Source: Macrostomum lignano
Lineage: Eukaryota
Direction: 5' to 3'
DNA: 64,000 nucleotides
Assembly (NCBI GenBank): GCA_002269645.1
Contig: NIVC01001407.1
Span: forward strand, 62,001-126,000
Positions 58,396 to 64,000 of this stretch are shown here, in pieces (the first letter of the stretch is position 1; the number at the start of each line of letters is the position of its first letter). Position numbers and translations under genes: made by a program. The notes beneath the pieces were generated by a model. The model saw nothing but the letters and a program-made list of their open reading frames with translations, searched no databases and had not been told where the DNA came from.

Positions 58396-61390
58396 TCACG
58401 TGATCACCGACACGCCGCCAGTGGACATCCCCTGCCGCTGCCACCAAATCTTTGTTAGCTGCTGACGCGACTTGCCCTCCGAGCTCGGACAGGGAAAGTC
58501 GGGCAACTCGCCCGGCGACTTGGTTCGATGGAACACCTCCGCAGCCTCGATTTCGTCAGCTAGAAGGTCGATTGGGTCCGGACCTGGCTGCTCCTCCGGT
58601 GTAGCCTCCGGCTGCGGCGGTGCCGCCGGCTGTTTCTGCTCTGCAGTTGCCTTGCCTTTTTTACCAGCCGGTTGCTTCTTGCCACCCTTGGGTGACTTCG
58701 CCCTTGGCGACGCCTTTTTCGCCGGCTTCGACGATTGGGGCTTTTTCTTTTTACTGTCGTCAGCGTTCTTAGCCGAGTCACCGCTGACGCTGCCGCTGCG
58801 ACTGGGCGTGCCGCCGCTGCTGCTACTCTTTTGCTGCTTCTTTGCCCCCGAGGCGGCGGTTTTGTCGCTGCCCCGCTTGACGCTGAACGTGGCGATCTCG
58901 TTTGCGCTGTTTTCTTCTGCTTTCCCGGACCGGCTGCTGGCTTCTTTTTCGTCTTCTTGTCGCTGCTCGCTGAGCTGCTCCTACTTTTCTTTCCTTTCGA
59001 CACCTTGTCAGTTGGCGGAGGCGGTGGTGGCGGCGGCGGCTCAGGCGGCGCATTGGCTGCCTCGGCAGCAGCTTTCAACGCGGCCTCGACCGCCGCCGCT
59101 TCAGCCGCCGCAGCCGCAGCCGCGGCTTCTCTCGCCAGTTGACGATCGCGAAGACGCTGGCACACGTCTAATAGTCGCTGCTGCTCCTGTCGCACTGGCA
59201 CCAGCTCCTCTTCGCCGATGGTCGACACCGAGAAGTTTCGTCGCCGCGCGGCCGCCTTCTCAGCGAGCTGCTGCTCCAACAGCAGCGCCTGCTGCTCCGG
59301 TGTGAGCTGCTGCTCCTTGTGATGCTTCTGGTGTCCACGTCGAGTTGGCTTCGCTGATCTGCCCGATTTCGGACGCTGCTGTTGCTCCTGAGTGGCAGGA
59401 GGAGCGAGTAGCGACGCAGGCTCGGCAACGGGAGCTGCTGGCTCTGGCGGCATCGGCTGATTTGGCGGTGAAGTCGGTGGAGTCGGCGGAGTTGCTGCCA
59501 CCGGAGGCGTCTCGGGCTGATCGAAGTCTTCCGCTAGCCTCTGTCGTTCTAGCCTCCGTTCGGATTCATCGTTAGTCCAGGCTAGCAGCTTTGGCGTCGG
59601 ATATGGCGTGTACTTGTAGCCTGGTTGCCATGGATACGGCTCGCACAGATAGCGACTTGGCAAGCAGCCCTCCTGAGCCAGCTCCTGCGCTGTTCGATCG
59701 TGTCGGAATTTAACTGGCTGCACCGGCTGGCGCAAGCGAAGCTGCGACATCAGCTGGGCTCGAGCTCGCGACCTGCCATTGAGAAGCTCCTCCGGTGTTG
59801 ACGCGGCCTCGCAGCAGTAGGCTTCCCCAACGTCAACGGGTTTTGGCAAGGTGACGTAGGGCGAGAAGGCGCACTTGCTACTCGCTGGTCGACTGAGTGT
59901 CGGCCGAGAACGTTGTACCGGTTGCGGTTGACGACTCTGAATGTGACGGGTGGTTGATTAATCATTTCATGAAGTGATGAGAGCAATATTTGAAATGATA
60001 ACTTTAATACCAGTAAGTAACTTAGTATAGTACTAGTGGACGCTATTTTTTTAATGAATAATATACTAAACATGGACAACTAGCACAAGTGTACAATTCT
60101 TGAATAGTTTCCTGTCAAATCCGTAAAACGCACTTTCCATTTAGCTACGAGCCTACAATTACAAGCGGATCACATAAAGTCATAGCGCACCTTTTCCATT
60201 TAGCTACGAGTCTACAAGTTTATCACATGAAGCACCTTTTCCATTTAGCTACGAGCCTACAAGTGTATCACATGAAGCACCTTTTCCATTTAGCTACGAG
60301 CCTACAAGTGTATCACATGAAGCACCTTTTCCATTTAGCTACGAGCCTACAAGTGTATCACATGAAGCACCTTTTCCATTTAGCTACGAGCCTACAAGTG
60401 TATCACATGAAGCACCTTTTCCATTTAGCTACGAGCCTACAAGTTTATCACATGAAGCACCTTTTCCAAGAGTTTCCCATCAAAAAGTATTTTCCCTTTC
60501 GATTGAAATGTGCAAAAGTCATTTGGGTAAAATTTATGTACTATGACTTACAGCATCGTCAACCTTCATCCTATCCAGAAATCGTTCTCTACTGTAATTC
60601 CTCAACTCGTCGCTTCTTCTGGACAATCGAGACAACTGCTCAGCTTCCGCCAGCTGTTGTCGCTTCAGCAACGACATTTTCAGTCTGGCATCGTCCAAAG
60701 TAGCCGCCAGACGTATCATAGCGGAATCGGGTGCGCTAGTGGTCCTTAGAATGGTTATATCTGGTTCTGCTGACTCTGTGTCATCAAACAGCGACTCAAA
60801 TCCACCCAGAGTTGCCGTCGCTGTTGTTGGACGTTTAGTCGTCGATGCACCAGTCGAATGAGCGCTTTGAGTCAGAAAGGCTCGCAGCTGCCTTTGCTGA
60901 CTTATCGCTGGGGGATGAAATTCAGTAAAATAATGGTCAGAGACAGAGTTACCCCCCGAGTGGAGAGAGGGGTGTTAGAGAGATGTTAAATGGTTCGCTT
61001 GGCAACGAGTGAGAGCTAATACTACAGGCCTGCTTGTCTTTACAAAGCCTATATAACTTAGATCGATGAATGATGAATCGTAAATTCCAATTCAAAGAGA
61101 TAGTTGGCGGCACAAGTCTAACTTTTTTCACTCCCTCAGCCCTCTCTCTCCGTCCCTCTCCATAGGCCAGAAGCAATCCTAGAGACGCGTAAAAAATCAT
61201 GCGCTGAGCGGTGGATTGCACTATGATTAATAATTAATTTTCGCCGCTAGCCGCGTAGGAAGGTATATGGCTCAGTAGCTATCTAGATGGAGCATTTTAA
61301 GCACGATAGAGGCAGTAGAGAGATAGAAGGGCACAGAGATAGAGTCGACGGAGTGCATCATCCGGATGACTTACCACCAGCAGTCGACAT
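58396..61390 (-). CDS. Unknown protein with a Glu/Ala helical region and a Lys/Pro/Ser-rich C-terminus; exons 61390-61375, 60907-60552, 59936-58396 (one -1 frameshift needed)
   Basis: ggcaccATGTCGACTGCTGGTG|gtaagt; phase-consistent acceptors and donors. Frame 0 stops at 58560 with an Arg-rich tail, while the -1 frame (58980-58396) reads as a natural continuation. Confidence 0.65.
60128..60468 (+). repeat. 45-nt tandem repeat, ~7 copies, intronic
   Basis: Unit cacatgaagcaccttttccatttagctacgagcctacaagtgtat. Confidence 0.93.
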
Positions 61391-62187
61391 GGTGCCGCCG
61401 GCGCTATGAGGAGCTGTCTCTTTATTATTCCACTTTTTTAAATTTCTTTGGAAGAAAACTAAAAATCTATCTGAATCAATAGAGCACAATAAAGACAGTC
61501 TAAGACAGAAATAAGCTAAGAAACGCTGTGGTTCAACAACACAGCATAATAGAGAATAACTCTGCTCTTTATAACCTAAAACAGCCCGTTTGAGATTATT
61601 CTTCTTTCTCTGTCTGTTTCTCTGGCTTCACCTGAGAAGAAGGGGGCGAGAGGGGGTAGCTGTTGAATGTACCAGCAATGGCAAATACCAGTTATAACTG
61701 CACTTGAGCACGCCATCATTCGAGGCCTCAGACTTTCTTGCCTCTCTTTTGCCTACATCAAGTAAAAAAGCAAAACACAACTCCTACCCCTATGGAAAGA
61801 AGCCTTGCTATTGGTCTGTCTGCACCGTTCTTAGCAAAGAAAATTTAACAACTTATTGGTCTGGTTGCAGTCTAGCAGTAATAGCAGTTTGCCAAGCTGT
61901 TTTCATAATTATATACAACATGCTTAGCGTCTTCCAACCCAGCTTAGCTGCACTTCTAGCTCAAATATTATATTTACAAAAGTTTCGTAATCGCTTTATA
62001 AAATTAATAAATATTGATATTTACTAGTGCTACTAAAAGTAATACAGGCGCAGTATTAAGGATACCTCGTAAAACGTCAATTTGTAAAATTTGAAAAAAG
62101 CTCTTTCAACACTTTCCATCACCGTTAGTTGTTCATATGATATATTTCTCATTAATCTGCCATAAAGTTGTGCCCAAAAAAATGGAT

Positions 62188-63515
62188 TCAACCATATTTG
62201 ATTTTAGCAACAGCAAACTCCGCAACAAGAAATAGCAAACCCAAAAAGTAGAAACAGCCGGTGACAATGAAGCAGCCAGTCACGGTATCCAGGCTGATTG
62301 GCTCGGCGCCAGAGTAGCTGCTGCTCACGCCACTGCACTGAGAACCATCGTCTGGCGCAGCATAGTACTTGTCAATCAGCACCTGGATCTGTCCGCTTTC
62401 TCGTAGTCGTTTTAAGCTGTAATAATTTGACCGGAAATTACAACCTGTGTCTAGAGCAACTCTTATTTAAGTCTGCCGCAACGAGTTAGTAACTAAATCT
62501 AGTCTTACTAACAGTACATTATAGTCATTATTTTTGCTGCAAAACCATAATTAATAATTCGTTTTTTATAATGGTCTCGTTTTGACACATTGACCCGAAA
62601 TAACTGCCGGATTTCGCTAATGAAAGGTCAGGTTTCGTAGATCTCGGCCATTAAGACAAAATTTCAGAACCTGCGAAATTCTGGATGAAATTCTTATGAA
62701 GCTCAACGAGGATGTCAATTTATAAAGCCTGCATGATGGAATCGTTAAGCAAGATCGAGGACCAAGCCAACAGGAACTGATACCTAGCTGGTTGGTCGAA
62801 TTAACGAGCAGTCCAACCATTATCCATTTCAGTCGGTTTCTGCTCGGTGACCAGCTGTTTCTGGTTAGATCCATTCAATAACCTTAGCTACTCACGGCTG
62901 AAAGGTCGGGGGTTCGATTCTCGACCCTCTCGGAACAATTTGTGTCCTTGAGCAAGACACTTTGACTCTGCATTGCTTCAGTTCACCCAGTGACCTCCCC
63001 CCCCCAGTCCTTGGACTGAACAGCCGTACGCAGCCTTCAGATGCGCCGCGCGATAGCTGCAGCTGAGCTCTGTCGGTTGAACATCTGCCCATTAGGGCAG
63101 GTGTAATCAATTATTATTAACATTATTACTGGCGCGAAATTGGCCCGAAAAATCTAGGCCTTATAGGGAAAAGCATCTAATATAGCTAAGCAATGCTCAT
63201 ACATGAATTATTACGTTTTAAAGTCAACTAAAAAGAACACGAAGCAGCTTTCATCGATTTCCAAATCGAATAATTCAGGACTAGGCTGAATTAAACTGAC
63301 TAGTAGTATTACACACTTAAGCATGTCTCCATTAGCCGATGGACTCACTAGAAATTAATGGCTTCTCCGTAGATTGCATCCTCGGGATAGATAAATGCTA
63401 CGGTAGCAGCGTTGAATTGCACTTCTGCCAGGTAGACTTTAGTGCAGTTGAGCTTGGCAAAGTACTGCAGCCGAGAGACGTCTCCTAAGCATGCGGTTTC
63501 GCTGTTCTCCAAAGC
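62188..63515 (-). CDS. 3' end (S2 lobe + M4) of a divergent ionotropic glutamate receptor / IR-like protein; exons 63515-63349, 62416-62188
   Basis: Spliced product LQYFAKLNCTKVYLAEVQFNAATVAFIYPEDAIYGEAINFY-LKRLRESGQIQVLIDKYY...C...ISLDTVTGCFIVTGCFYFLGLLFLVAE matches the iGluR S2 end and M4. Donor gtgagt, acceptor attacag, phase 2. Upstream exons not identified. Confidence 0.75.
62885..63125 (+). mobile_element. Second CORE-type SINE copy with an internal deletion, in the iGluR intron
   Basis: Near-identical to 45681-45950 but lacks the ctgtaaaatggg...ggcg segment. Confidence 0.8.
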
Positions 63516-63546
63516 CTGGGTAAATTTTGGTGAACTTCGATGTTGC

Positions 63547-63600
63547 CTCTCTCCTCTCCTCTCCTCTCCTCTCCTCTCCTCTCCTCTCCTCTCCTCTCTC
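63547..63600 (+). repeat. (CTCTC)n pentanucleotide microsatellite
   Basis: Direct reading. Confidence 0.9.
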
Positions 63601-64000
63601 TATTTTCTTTTCACTATTTTCCTTGACCCTCTCTCCCTCTTCTATCTCGCAGTCATGCACTGGATTCTTTCTCTGGACCTTGAGTCAAAAAGCTTGTTAA
63701 CCCCTTGCCCTTAGGGACAGCAATTATTCCTTTTAAGTCCGATAGAAGCGACGTTAGGCACGATTAGGCTGAAGTTTTTACTTATAGATTTATAGGCTGA
63801 CTGCGTCGTTAAGAGATCAAGACTGTCACAGTGATCTATCACTTCCACGAGTTCACCTTACTGTGATAGAGCAGCAGCCAAGGACCACTAGTTAATGCTG
63901 TATAGAGCTTTTAGCAGCCCCGAGCAGTGGTAGAGCTACAGGGGTAAAAGTAGCCACTGTTTAAAGTTGTCAAGGACTACTAGACTACGCATATACCTTA

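Noticed and set aside
58434-58447. Another tRNA-Leu PBS-like TGGTGGCAGCGG on the - strand
   Set aside because: It falls inside the coding -1 frame (IWWQR) with no adjacent LTR end, so it is probably coincidental.
58472-59305. 277-aa plus-strand ORF
   Set aside because: Antisense shadow of the GC-rich, low-complexity minus-strand exon.
62617-62874. 85-aa minus-strand ORF
   Set aside because: It lies within the iGluR intron defined by phase-compatible splice sites and has no receptor similarity.

Overview
Eukaryotic (metazoan) genomic DNA with spliceosomal GT-AG introns. GC-rich exons, poly-Gln runs, a TTAGGG-type repeat, repeat-filled introns and acceptor AGs just upstream of start codons suggest a free-living flatworm such as Macrostomum; this is inference only. 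Nine protein-coding genes were reconstructed by hand with exon phases checked: an unknown gene (-, partial), a divergent T-box factor (-), UBE2G2 (+), GMPPA (+), SGSM3 (-), a PHETA/sesquipedalian-like PH protein (+), an ARHGAP18/28/40-family RhoGAP (+), an unknown Lys/Pro-rich gene with a frameshift (-), and the 3' end of an ionotropic glutamate-receptor-like gene (-). Most ORFs in the supplied track are artefacts of tandem repeats. Many long introns consist of a short unique core inflated by a private tandem array that often starts within 5-45 nt of a splice site. Several arrays are built from transcription-factor-like palindromes (RFX X-box, STAT GAS, E-box) or from decoy 3' splice sites. 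Mobile elements: an LTR-type insertion with a 4-bp TSD and tRNA-Leu fragments, two CORE-SINE copies, Helitron-like elements carrying (TCTG)n seeds, and a decayed LINE fragment. An interstitial telomeric repeat sits next to a decayed pentapeptide-like coding repeat.
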